Notes under the pieces: generated by a model | Seen by the model: the letters and a program-made list of their open reading frames with translations, nothing else | Told to the model about the DNA's origin: nothing | Databases searched by the model: none | Assembly (NCBI GenBank): GCA_964016885.1 | Contig: OZ024740.1 | Coordinates: 391,034,001 to 391,098,000, forward strand | DNA: 64,000 nt | Direction of reading: 5' to 3' | Source: Eledone cirrhosa | Lineage: Eukaryota | Shown here: piece by piece, positions 11,367-25,083 of the stretch | Layout: every line of letters starts with the position of its first letter | How positions within the stretch are numbered: the stretch's first letter is position 1 | Translations under genes and position numbers: made by a program

Positions 11367-12208
11367 AACGTAGCCTTCTCTCGAGTAAACAACATCTGAT
11401 CCCTCTTATTTCTAATTTTTTCCTTAGTTCGTTTATGCTTTGCCGTTCACGTATATTACTATTGCACATCCAGCGGAGCATGCAAGCTTCGTTCCTCTCT
11501 AGTCTGCGTATATCCTCTGCACACAATGCCCAGGTCTCACTGCCATGCAGCATTGCTGTTCGTATGCAGGCATCGTAGAACCTGCCTTTCATTTTTAGGG
11601 AGAACCCTCTAGCGGCTAATAGTGGTATAAGCTCTCTGAACTTTTTCCATCCAGTTCTGACTCTAGCTACTGTACTTTCAGAGCACCCTCCCCCACTGCT
11701 GATTTTGTCACCCAGGTAACGGAAGCTGTCCACTATTTCTATAGAACCCTCTGCGCAGTTGAAGGAGCTAGTATTTTGTGGGCACTTGCTGCTACTTATT
11801 GCACCAGAGCACCGGCCACATGTAAAATCTATGTTCTTAGTTAGCTTACCTGTGATCCCACTACATCTTTTATGCACCCATACTTTGCATTTGGGACATA
11901 AAATGGAGTTTCTACCTACGCCTTTCCTACACACTGAGCATGGCCATTTCCCAGATGGGACTGCCGCCATATTTTCTTTCCTACAAACTAGAACTTTAGT
12001 CTTAGCCAGGTTAATTTTAAGGCCTTTTGATTCTAGGCCGTGCTTCCATGTTTGGAATTTCTTCTCTAGTTCGGTCATTGATTCAGCTATGAGCGTTAGA
12101 TCATCTGCGTATAGGAGTTCCCATGGGCAGCCGGTCTTGAACTCCTCTGTTATAGCCTGAAGGGCAATAATAAATAGTAGGGGGCTAAGAACAGAGCCCT
12201 GATGGACT
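11367..12208 (-). mobile_element. Young RTE LINE internal fragment: RT core with embedded C4HC3 finger
   Basis: Open frame VHQGSVLSPLLF...LYADDL...FRYLG...MLHGSETW...ERRLR; no 3' tail. Confidence 0.92.
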
Positions 12209-14603
12209 AATATCAAATTATTTTGGAAGGTTTTAAGTTAAAAAGGAGTCCTTTAAAATAGATGGTGTTGTTTCATAAATCCAGAGAATGCTTTGGGCGG
12301 GTTGGTATTAAAAGGATTAAACAAAGGAGACAATGGAAAATATAGTTTGGGTTACACTGTGTCTGAACAAAAAGACAGGATGGTCATAACTGCAATATCT
12401 TCAATCACAGAAAAACTTGCTCAATCAAGACAGATCTGAAGATAGACTACAAAAACAACAAAATGCATCCAGTACTCTCTGTAAAGTCGTCATAAAGGGT
12501 ATCCAGCTGTAGAAACTATGCCAAAAGTACTCTTCAGTGAAGTCAAAGATGTAACATCTTTGGTGCTGATACCACAATAAACTGCACACAGTACACTCTG
12601 TAAACTTGTTGTCGTTAGGCAGGACATCAAGCTGTAAAAATCCAGCCAAAAGGGTTGTGCGGCCTTTTTCAGCCATGTTAAGAACATGACAACATCCTCA
12701 GTACTGATGTCACAATAAAATGCCCCAGTACACTCTGTAAATTGGTTGTCATTAGGAAGGACATTCCGCCATAGAAACCATGTCAAAATGGAATGCATTT
12801 GAATGAGTTTTAGTTACCTGACACATTTAAGAGGGAAGTAGCTCTGAATAAGAACTGACTCAGACAATTAACAACCCATCCAACCCATACCAGCATGGAA
12901 AGGAAATATAAAATGATAATGAAAGACATAAAGATCTTGCATTCTCTATCTGCTTTCCCTACAAATTGGCAGGCATTGTGTCTATGTAAGAAAGTATTAT
13001 TATTAAAAGTGATAGGTTGTGTTAGTGTGATGCTTGATTATTGCTGAATGAAATCTATGGCAGTTTCAAAATTCAAGAATAGCTTCAACTAATTTACTAA
13101 ATGCACTTCGGGGTGAGGGAGTAAAGTCATCATTCTTCCCTTTACTGAATCAGAAGTATAATTCATAGTCTAAATGGTAGGAGTGGTGGTGGTTCCATTA
13201 TTATTATTCCACAAAAAAAAAAAAACCTTAGTAAATAACACAGAGGATTCAGTGAAAATATCTAAATCACACGTTGAACAGAGTTCACATCAGATCTAAT
13301 TTGGAAAAATACTTTAATTTTTTATTTTGTGTGTGTGCGAGGTGTGTGCCTCATCACACAATTTCTTCAGGAGATAGGCAGGGATATAGAGAGAGGTAAA
13401 TACACAGAGGGAGATAGGTAAAAGCAAAATAGACAGACAGACAAATAGATACATAAACCTATATATAGAGAGAAAGAGAGAGTGGCAGATAGAGATGGGG
13501 GGGGGGGGGGGCAGATAGGGAGATAGATGCGCACACACGCACAATGTACAGGCTGACACTATTAGATAGAATAGATATACTGATAGAGAGATATAATGAC
13601 TACATGTGTACACCCCTAAGTAGTCAACTATGAATTGCACTAGTCACTCAATTCTGGATTCCTTAACCTTGCCTGACAATATTTATTCTTGGTTTAAATT
13701 GAGTTATTTTGTTGATTTTAGAATTTCTTATGACAAGTTTAACAGCAAAAACCAATTGAAATAAGCTAAAACTAAACACATAACAGTTTGGCTCTATATG
13801 TGATTGTCACTCCTTTCTTCTCACACCTGAAAAACTGAGAATAATTAAGGAATGATTAATATAAATTAAATAAAACTGGTTGGTGGCAGAAAAAGCATTC
13901 AGCTAAGAAAACCTCTTCAGCTGTATCAAAGACATGACAATCTCCCTAATGCTGATGCCATAATAAAATACATTCAGAACATAGGTGAGGTGTAGAGTCC
14001 TGGCTCATCTGAGCACTCTAGAGTGCAGGAACATATTGTGAGATGCAGGACCCCAGCTCATGTGAGCTGTCAGTAGCTCCAACTGAGTACTGAGTTGGTC
14101 TGTGAAGACTCATCAAACCCTTGCCAGCAGGCAAAAATGGACATTAAATGATCATGTGAAGGCACATGGCTTAGTGGTTAAAGTGTTGGACTCATGGGTT
14201 CAATCTTTGGAGTGGAAGGAACATTGTGTTGTTGAGCAAGGCACTTCATTTCACATTGATTTTCATAGGTTTTAAAAAAATATTAAATTGGTCTAACATT
14301 CTTTCATAATGGAATTTAAGTTGCCATTGGTACAAACATCAATGTGTGGTTTAAGAAGTTTGCTTCACAACCACATGGTCTGGGGTTCAGTCCCAGTGTG
14401 GTACCTTGGACAAATCATTTCTTACAAGTGATATTTTATAGATGAAAACTGAATGGAAGCCCATCATATATAAATATGTACATGTATATGCATGTATGTG
14501 TATGTATCTATGTCTACTTATATAGCCGTTTGTTCATATGGCCTGCAAATTAGTGGTTTGACAGATATTGATAAAATAATTTACAGTCTAATGATAAAGT
14601 ACT

Positions 14604-14870
14604 GGAGGCACATGACTTAGTGGTAAGGGTGTTGGACTTATGATCATAATGTCATAGGCTCAATTCCTGGACCGGGTTGTGTGTTGTGTTCTTAAACAAA
14701 ACACTTCATTTCACATTGTTCCAGGATAATCAGCTGAAAATGAGTACCAGTATTTGCTCAGGGTTTAAAGCTGTGATGGACTGACGTCCTGTCTAGGAGA
14801 GAGTATTGTACACGGAAACCAGGATAAGCACCAGCCTGATGAGTCTCCAGGCTAAAGACAGACTTTTAGT
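14604..14870 (+). mobile_element. tRNA-derived SINE, family B
   Basis: GGAGGCACATGACTTAGTGG A-box head, GGCTCAATTCC B-box-like, GTGTTCTTAAACAAAACACTTCATTTCACATTG core. Related copies at about 14158, 40400, 40870, 53510, 56410 and 57450. Confidence 0.7.
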
Positions 14871-15019
14871 TGATATCATCTACTAAAATCCTTCAAGGCA
14901 AGTAGTGTCCCAGTATGGCTTCAGTCAAATGACTGAAGCCAGTAAAAATACATTATATACGTATTGCCACATTATAAAAAACACTGGAATATAGTGAATA
15001 AAAAACAATATGGTCATAT

Positions 15020-15215
15020 TATCCAACAAGTTGTCTAGCTATCTTCACACAATTGTTTAACCACAAAGGAAAGAGAACAGCTGCCAGCCAAGAAAACACT
15101 ACAAGGATAGCCTGACGCTAACACTGAAATCTATGAGTATCAACATAATATCCTGGGAACAGCTTGTACAGAAAGACTCCTATGGTGCACCCTTATTCAT
15201 AAAGGTGCATAATCC
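15020..15215 (+). mobile_element. Old RTE (BovB-like) C-terminal fragment
   Basis: Decayed RKHYKDSLTLTLKSMSINIISWEQL...LIHKG; a related fragment lies at about 16895-17345. Confidence 0.5.
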
Positions 15216-15479
15216 TACAAACCTTGCAAGAGACCCATATCCAGTCAGTGGAAACCAAACATGAGGTTCACAAACCCAGTCAGCTGACACTTCAAAGGGA
15301 AGTCATGGTCTTCAGTAACAACCAATGGATGTACAACTATTTAAAACTACATTAAATTTAATTTTTTTTTTTTGTTGTTATTTGTAGCCCAAGGTCTACC
15401 CTAATTCAGTAGGCTTGTGATTAAAAGGTTTTCCAGCTGTGTATAGTGAGTGTATTTAGGATTACATTATCTAAGTACT

Positions 15480-15632
15480 TCCCTTTTGATACAAATCTGT
15501 CTCAAACTGCCTCTGGTTCTACAATACAAGTGTTTATTTTTAAGTGATTATATTTATCTAAAATCCTTCCATCATGATTTTATGAAAGAACCTTTATTAA
15601 GTTATGCTCCAGGCACCAACTTAATGAGAACA

Positions 15633-15663
<31 letters not shown>

Positions 15664-16602
15664 GGTTTAGCGTCCGTGTTCCACGCTTGCATGGGTTTGG
15701 ACGGGGGTTTTCCCACTTGAGGCAAGAGTGGTTGTCTTGCTCGCATAGGACTGTCTGGCGGGTTTTCTACAGTTGGATGCCCTTCCTAACACCAACCACA
15801 TTTACAGTGTGGGGCTGGAAGGTTTTTACCGTGTTGCCTACACGGCCACATTTACAGCGTGGACTGTGTGTTTTTTTGTCGTGACACCTACACGATCTCA
15901 TTTGTTTCGGCCTGGATGTTGTGGGACCAACATAAGTTTACATTGAAAGGGGCGGTGTGGATGGGGTGGAGGTGGTGGGACGGGGGTGTGTTTTGATAGA
16001 GATGCCTACTGACTGTAGTAGGTTTTTACTTTGTATTTAAGTAAGGCGGGTCTTCTCTATTACTGAGTACCGCCAAAGGTCTCGGTCCAGTGACATTGTC
16101 TTGGAGAGGTCTAAGCGTGTGAGGTCGGAATTTATCAGCTCGTCCCATGTTTTTCTGGGTCCGCCTACTCCGTGGCTACCGTCTATCTTTATTGCCCTGC
16201 ACTTTGTTATACAGCTGTCGTCTTTCATGCGCATCACGTGACCGTACCAACGTAGCCTTCTCTCGAGTAAACAACATCTGATCCCTCTTATTTCTAATTT
16301 TTTCCTTAGTTCGTTTATGCTTTGCCGTTCACGTATATTACTATTGCACATCCAGCGGAGCATGCAAGCTTCGTTCCTCTCTAGTCTGCGTATATCCTCT
16401 GCACACAATGCCCAGGTCTCACTACCATGCAGCATTGCTGTTCGTATGCAGGCATCGTATAACCTGCCTTTCATTTTTAGGGAGAACCCTCTAGCTTAGT
16501 TATATATATTACTGAATCAATCCAAATTCTTGAATATTTTCAAAATAATTTGAAAATCATAAGCAGTGTCTTTAATTAGAAACATAGTAACAACAGGGTT
16601 AT
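15480..16602. mobile_element. piggyBac-like MITE (about 280-bp family) interrupted by an RTE insertion
   Basis: Starts CCCTTTTGATAC and ends ACAGGGTTA; internal sequence is shared with many copies (for example about 9420-9683, 17683-17905, 18066-18387, 24416-25100, 30783-30995, 61610-61821); split at 15634/16496. Confidence 0.7.
15635..16495 (-). mobile_element. 5'-truncated young RTE LINE with (GAT)n tail
   Basis: MKGRLYDACIRTAMLHGSETW...RLRWYGHVMRM...GGPRKTW...EKTRLT*, then 3' UTR and (CAT)9 on the plus strand. Confidence 0.92.
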
Positions 16603-17419
16603 GACAATATGTAATATTTGAAGAAAATTTGGCTGCTATTTCTAACAAACGAAACAATCAAGTAGAGAGACTTCTTTATTGACTTGATACAAAAACAACT
16701 ATGTTTACCAGCTGACCAATTATGTCCAACAAAATACAAACTCCTGGTGGTCATTAATGTCCTGAACTGACCTTACTAAATACAACCAGCTATTGCACCT
16801 TGTAATTAATGCCCTGAACAGACCTCACTAAATATAGCCAGCTATTGTACCTTGTCATTATCACACTGAATTAAAGTTTTCAGAATTTCTCAGCAATACA
16901 TGCCAATGCTAACCAACACATTATTCCAAGCTCTAATGTTTGCAGGCCAAATAGTTCATTGCTGTTTATCCATGCTTGCACAGGTCTTTTTACAGACAGT
17001 GTATCTACAACTCTGTTGGACATGTCATGTCATATCCACACGAGCAGCACACACTACACATACACCAAAAACATTCTTATATGGTGCTTACTGCTGCGAA
17101 AAGAACAGCTGATGGCCAGAGAAAAATACTACTGGATAGCCTTAAGGTAACATTAAAGCTCACAGAGGAGATGGCGAAGAAAATTAGTGAAGAGAGGTTG
17201 TGGTGAAAAAGACCCATCCAATCCATTGAACGTAGAATAATGATATGATGATAGCCTGAAGGTAACATTAAAGATCATGATCATTGATGTAGAATCCTGG
17301 AAACAATACAGCCTTATTCATAAAGAAGCAACATCCTTGCAAGAGACAAACATGTCCAGTACATGCCACTACTAAATGAGACATCATTCCAATCTATGTA
17401 CATTTGCACTCTAACATCA

Positions 17420-17607
17420 ATAATTGTTTCTACTTTTGGCACAAGGCCAGCAATTACCCAGTGCATTACTGGTACTTTATTTTATCGACCCCGTAAGGAT
17501 GAAAGGCAAAGTTAACCTCGGCAGGATTTGAACTCAGAATGGCAAGAGCCGTAACTCTATGCGTCAAAGCATGGCGTCCGACCCTCTACCGATACTGCCA
17601 ATCAATA
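17420..17607 (-). mobile_element. tRNA-derived SINE, family A
   Basis: Minus strand TGGCAGTATCGG (A box), GAGTTCAAATCC (B box), GCCTTTCATCCTTACGGGGTCGATAAAATAAAGTACCAG central domain, ATTATT tail. Confidence 0.88.
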
Positions 17608-19199
17608 ATACTCATTGGTCAGGTTTCCCAAGTCTTCATGGGTTAGACATAGCCCAGAGCTTACCCATTTGTATTGGTGTTAACCATTTCATTATTATTT
17701 CTAATGAGAAACCCTGTCTAAGATTTTCTATTAATTTTGAAAATAATCAAGAATCAGAATTTAATAATATAACTAACTTTCTCATTAATAAGCTGGTGTT
17801 TTGAATATAACTAAAGAGAGGTTTGTTTTTTTTACATAAATATAAACAATTTTTTTTATTGTAGAATCAGTGTGGGTTTCAGGTGGGCTTGTATCAAAAA
17901 GGTTAAGTGATGGAGTGTCCATGACTCCTCGTGGCACTGGTAGTTATTTTCAACCAAGTAAACTGGAGCAATGTGAAATGTAGTGCCTTGCTCAAGAACA
18001 TGTCACCCAGTCTTGAAATTAAACACATCATCAACACCACTAACCTGCACACCTTCATAATACTTTAACCCTTTTTCATATATATTTATAATAAAATACA
18101 CAGTATTTGAATTATTTAAGAATTTGGAGGGATTTATTAAAATGATTTCATTATTATGGTATTTGCCTTTCATCCTTACGGGGTCGATAAAATAAAGTAC
18201 CAGTAATGTACTGGTGATTGCCGGCCTTGTGCCAAATGTAGAAACAATTATTATGGTATTTGTAACATAACATAAAAAGTTTTTATATCAAATAAGGTAT
18301 GATTATAATTATGAATCCTTTAAAATGGGTGATTTTGTTTCATAGAACCTGGAGCAGTTTTGAATATGTTGCTATCAAAACGGTTAATACTTTATTAAAA
18401 AGGAAAAGATGCCCTGTCAATAATTGCAAATAATGGGAAATCACTAATTCTATGGAATGGATCTCCATGTTTCAACAATGAGTGTTCCGGTCACTGGGAA
18501 AAGCATTAATGTTTCTGCCAGGAATTGCAACAGACAGATAGAATGAGCAACGGAAAGACCAATGGAAGCACAGTTTCCTCGATCTAATCTGTAAAATCAG
18601 CTTCTTTCCTTTTTTTATTATCTTGATATATTTACTTAATCTTGCCTCAGTGTAAGAGTTATCATACAGGCTCTCTCGCACAAACACAGTCTCTTTCTCA
18701 CGCACACAGAATCTCACTCATACACATTATTAATAACCATCACTGTGGTGAACTTTAACTCGTTGAACATAGTCAATTAAATTTCTCTTTGTACAGGTTA
18801 GAGAGAGAGAAGATAATATATTAATAAATCTGCCAGAACAGAGGCAAATATTAACTGAAGGTCATTATCTATAGCATTGCACAATTGTTTAGTCAGCAAG
18901 AATATTTTAATAAAGAGAATTTGAAAAGTGATATCTTATGTATGTGTGTGAACATAAATACCCATAGTGAGAGACACACACACAGACACATGTACACCCA
19001 TGGATGAAGATATGCATGTACAACAATGGATGGAGACATACACACCCACAGATAGAGAGTTACACACACACACAGCCATGGATAGACACACATGCGCATC
19101 CATGGATAAACATACACATGCATGGATAGAGACATGCATGGAAGCGCACACTCAGACACACACACGACTCCCTCCCTTTCTTCACTCATTGAAGTTTGA

Positions 19200-19975
19200 C
19201 AAAAGAATGCAGCTTGCTCTAAGCATCTTGCAAAAAATTAGTTTTTCAAGTACTTGTAATAATTATATGGTAAAATTTAACCCTTCCATTAGCATATTTC
19301 TCATTAAATACACTGCCTAGGATTTTCAAATTATTTTTTTTAAATATTCAAGAAATTTATTATATAACTAAATTTCTCATTATCATGCAGGTGTTTGGAA
19401 CTTAAGGATTCTCACATAAAATTATGGTGGAAGATATTTTTGATAAATATGGAAACATTTTAGAATTTAAGATATTTTTTGTTACATAACAAATGTGTTT
19501 TATATAAAATGATGTTGGTAGGTTTTAATTCAAATGTTTAAAGTGAGTAGTTTTATATCATAGAACCAAAGGTTGTTTAGGATAAATTGGTATTGAAATA
19601 TGTTAGAAATACTATTTTTAACAAGGTAGGATTAGGTGATATCTGTAAAATATTTAAGTGATTTCTATATGAAAGTGATTGTGTGGTTGTCTAGTGAGGA
19701 AATGAGCAATTTATCTTCCCTTCTGACCTATCCCATAATTTTGACTGAATTATAAAGAATGAGAATTCTTCCTCAGAGCTAGGGTATGTTTTAGAAGTGA
19801 GAGTAAACTACTTACCCTTCACCTTAGTATAATATTTCACTGTATATCTGAAACAGTGCACCTAAATATTAAATTAACCCTTTTGTTACTAAATTGCCTG
19901 AAATTGCCACAGTTCTACAATACAAACTATTTTTTGTTTTAAAGTGTTTATATTTATTTAACAAAAACCTTCTGC
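19200..19975. repeat. Left arm of a long-range inverted repeat (partner about 32040-32815)
   Basis: 19602-19898 is the reverse complement of 32107-32408 with only a few differences; flanks are homologous but more diverged. Confidence 0.9.
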
Positions 19976-20514
19976 CATAATTTTATGACAAAAGAATGTT
20001 TCTTGTTCATAACATCTTACAAAAAAAATTGATTTTCAACTACTTGTAATAATTATATGGTAAAATGTATCCCTTCTGTTACCTTATTTGTCTGCCTAGG
20101 ATTTTCAAATAATTTCTAAAATATTCAACTTTCTCATTATCAAACTGGTGTTTGGAACACAACTTAGAAAAAGTTCTTACATAAAATTATGGTGAAGGTT
20201 TTGTATTGGAAAACCAGAGACAGTTTCTAATAATCATATGAAGAGATTTAACCCTTTTGTTATATTTCTCATAAAAGAATCTGCCTACGGTTTTCAAATA
20301 ATCAATAATATGATGATATAACTTTTTCAGAACATAAATTTAGAACATAAAGGTGCTTACATGAAATTATGGAAGGTTTTCAGATAAATATAAGGATTTT
20401 AACTCCATAATTACCATATTTCTAAATTTAAAATTAAACAAGAATTTGGATGGATTTAGTACTATAACTTTCTCGTTATTAAGTTGATGTTTGAACAAAG
20501 GTTCTTATATATAA

Positions 20515-21442
20515 CTAGCAGTAAAGCCCGGCGTTGCTCGGGGTCGCTCAGTAGCTGTGTTAAAGTTACAATGTTAAGTTTCTTTCTTGGCTTAAAAACT
20601 GTAGTGTCTACTGTGCAGACTTGCATGTGGTGTTTTTGATTAATATTCCCTCAACCAACAATATGCCTTATGAAGTTAAGAAAACATAACGATAACCCGA
20701 ATGTTATAACAAAAGAGGATGCTGGGGATAGAAACTACACTGGTTATTTATTAACAAAGATCGAAAATGTAAACACTGCAACGCAGAGAAAAACATTAGC
20801 GTAACCAAATTATCAGTTATGTCTGTCTGCACGCCTATATCACCTCTCTGCACGACTGTCTGTCTGCACGCCTATATCACCTCTCTGCACGACTGTCTGC
20901 ACGCCTATATCACCACTCTGCACGACTGTCTGTCTGCACGCGTATATCACCTCTCTGCACGACTGTCTGTCTGCACGCCTAACGACGAAATATTTGCTTG
21001 TTTTACGTAGTCTTTAAATAGACTTGTTTCCAAGTAAAAATATTGTTTTAAAATGCTTTTAAATGGAAATGAAGCAAAACGGAAGCTTAGTGTTCGAACT
21101 GATGAATTTTGCAGGTCAATATTTTGCTGGCTCGACAACTGTTCGTGTATTGTGTTAATGTCATTTTAAACGCTGAGAAAGCCAGCGTAATTTTTTACGT
21201 AAGACGCTCAATGTAAACAGAACAAAGGGAAATAACTGATAACTTACGCTCAAAAATCGATACATTATATTCGATTTCGTCACATAGGGTGGGTCAATTT
21301 GAAATATTTTTTTTCCGATCTCTTCGCTAGGGCTCAATGTACAAGTATAGCAATTTCGGTGCAATTCCGTCAGAGATTCTAAGAGGAGATGTGTGCCAAA
21401 AATCGATAGACAGACAGACAACCACAGTTTTATATATATAGA
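20515..21442 (-). mobile_element. Non-autonomous Helitron
   Basis: Minus strand starts TC (TCTATATATATAAAA), has (TGTC)n near the 5' end, a GC hairpin CCCGAGCAACGCCGGG close to the 3' CTAG, and sits between A and T with no TSD; internal ~37-bp minisatellite at 20820-20980. Confidence 0.85.
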
Positions 21443-21699
21443 TTAGATAAATATAAACACTTTAAAATAAACAGTTTTGTATGGTAGAATCAGGGGCAGT
21501 TTGCTATCAAAAGAGTTAAACCAAAAAAAATATGAATTATATAAATTTGTAATATTGGATGGAATCTAGAAAATAGATGACATTTTTATAGCTGTATAGA
21601 TTTATTGTGGGCATAAGTCAAATTCCTCTTCACAAGAATATTACAGAGAATAAATAACAGAGTGAGTGAAAGAAGGCTGGTGCTGCTACTGCTGCTGCA

Positions 21700-22535
<836 letters not shown>

Positions 22536-22860
22536 TTAAGAACAATACACAGCTACTTTGAAGATTGTTTACATTCGACTTTCATATCAATCAAACAGAA
22601 TTAGAGATGTCTGATAATACAACTTAGAAGGATGCTTTGAAAAATGAAATTAAAAAAAAATCAACAAACACCAAGTGCCAAGAAAATTCTTCTCTTATGA
22701 AGAACTCCAATTAACACTTCTATTAAAAGTGCAATCCAGCTGATTAACTCCTTTCATGCCAACCCACATAAAACTATTTTAAAGTGTTTATATTCATCTA
22801 AAAACCTATCACACCAGTTTATGAAAGAACCTTTCTTGAGTTATAGATCAAGCACTAACT

Positions 22861-23080
22861 TAATAATTGTTTCTACTTTTGGCACAGGCCAGCAATTTGA
22901 AGGGTAGGGGAAAGTAAAATCAACCCCAGTATGTTACTGGTATTTTATTTTATTGATTCCGCAAAGATGAAAGGCAAAGCTAACCATGGCAGGATTTGAA
23001 CTCAGAACGTAAAGGGCCATAACTATATGCTGCAAAGCATGTTGTCTGATGCTCTACTGACATGGCCAATCCACCACCCT
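22861..23080 (-). mobile_element. SINE family A copy
   Basis: Same A box, B box and central domain as 17420-17607; inserted in a MITE. Confidence 0.8.
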
Positions 23081-23243
23081 CCAAACACCAACTTAATAAT
23101 GAGAACATTAGCTATATAACTAAATATCTCTAAATTCTTGGCTATTTTCAAAAGATTCACAAATCCTTTCATGAAAAATATTACAATGAAGTAGCTAAAG
23201 TGTGTATATTTATATAAATATCTTCCATCATAATTTTATTTAA

Positions 23244-23346
23244 CCTTTAGCACGCTGAATTTTTTTATGAATTGCTTCCCTTGGCACTGCAATATGTATT
23301 AAGGGGAGATTATCGGCAACATAAGTCGCCTACAGTGCCCAGAAGG
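23244..23346. mobile_element. Small TTAA-flanked MITE
   Basis: TTAA-CCTTTAGCAC...GTGCCCAGAAGG-TTAA with imperfect TIRs, inserted in another MITE. Confidence 0.55.
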
Positions 23347-24724
23347 TTAAGTACCTTTATGTTCCAACCACAAGTTAAATAGTGAGAAAGTTAGTTATAA
23401 TAGTAAATTTTAACAAATTCTTTAATACTTTCAAAATAATTTGAAAATCTTAGTGACTTACATCAGAAATATGGTCTAATGAACAGTTATTTAACTATAA
23501 TAAATACACTTTAAAAAGCTAAAGCAACTGAAATCAAACAAGCAGTATTGTGTATAGAATCAGCTCAAGGCCATAGCTTGTAACAACAAAAAGTATAACT
23601 TAGGACGATTTTCTTCTGGCAGCAAGTAACCTTTTCATGGCCATATTTCTAATGAAATACACCATTTCAATTAATTAGTGAAGAATGTTGAGGGATTTAC
23701 TAAAATTATTGACTAATTCATTACTAAGGTAGTAACATATGATCCTTATATAAAATTATGTTGGAAGAATTTAATTTAAATAGGAATCCTTTAAAATGGG
23801 TGGTTTTGTTTCATAGAATCAGGGGAAAACCAATAAAGACTTGGTTAAAGATAGAAGAGGAAATGAAAACCAAAGGTTGGAGATGGGGGATGCAGAAGCC
23901 ATACCATCGAGTTTGTGAGGAAGGATGCTGACAATAAGGCAAAATGGAGAAGTTTGTTATGGATCCCTAGAAGGTGAACCCATGCTTTAGCAGGGGAAAA
24001 GGCCTTAAAACGCTTGTAATGAAATTCTCAGATAATTGTTTCTTTCAATAACATTCATCAATGTTTGCAGATAGACACTATTTTATTTTGATCTAGTCAT
24101 CAGTTCCAGGAGTGAATGTAAACAGAGATACTACTAAAAGTAATAACACTCCTCTATTGACATATTTAACTCACAACTATGTCCATCCACCGATGTATGG
24201 GTCCTGAGTTGCTGATTCTATCGTATGTACCTCTTTACTATGTCTACTACAACAGTAAAGCAAAGCCTTCTTTGTTTACCATAGTTGTTGATCAGAGCAG
24301 TTAAGCTGCTAGAGTAGATGTTTGTTGTTACTGGTGTTGATAATTATCATTATTGCTGTTCTTTGGTAGGATGGCAGGAAGGGGTGACCAGATCATATTC
24401 ACTCAGAGCCAGTCTTAAACCTTTTTGATACCTAACAGCCACCAGTTCTATCATACAAAACTATTCCTTTTAAAATCTTTATATTTATCTTAAAAACCTT
24501 ACAGCACAATATTATGTAAAGAACTTTTGATACTAAACCACCCCTGATTCTGTGATGCAAAACTATAACTAAAAACTTTCCATCATACTTTTATGTCAGA
24601 AACTTTATTAGGTTATATCCCAAACACCAGCTTAATAATGAAAAAGTTAGTTATATTATTAAATCACTCAAATGCTTGATTATTTTCATAATTACTTGAA
24701 ACACAGATTGTGTCTTATTAGAAA

Positions 24725-25083
24725 CTAGCAGATTTACCCGGCGTTGCCCGGGGTTTGAAATACAACAAAGAATAAACAAGAAACAAACAATAATATTAGT
24801 GATTTATCTTCAAATGAATCTGATGTTTATATTTCTGTCAATAAAGTTGGTTATCTCTCTTACATCAATTTTGCTACCGATAATTTTGATATCGATTTTT
24901 TATTGCTCAACATGGGTCGATTTGAAAAATGTTTGTGATGTGACAATCTTAGTGACCTGTACAGTGTGCACAGAAAATTTGGTCAAATTCAGTTGGTAAT
25001 TGTAAAAGCCTTAAGTATGCAAAGTTGTACACAGACACACACACACACACACACACACATCCTCGTTTTTATATATATAAAGA
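24725..25083 (-). mobile_element. Non-autonomous Helitron (second family)
   Basis: Minus strand TC start (TCTTTATATATATAAAA), (TG)n, hairpin CCCGGGCAACGCCGGG, 3' CTAG; the host MITE rejoins as TTAGAAA^TATAACAAAAGGGTTAA. Confidence 0.85.

Noticed and set aside
17420-17607. tRNA genes suggested by A and B boxes
   Set aside because: Boxes are followed by a shared SINE body and tail in many diverged copies, and no complete cloverleaf is evident.
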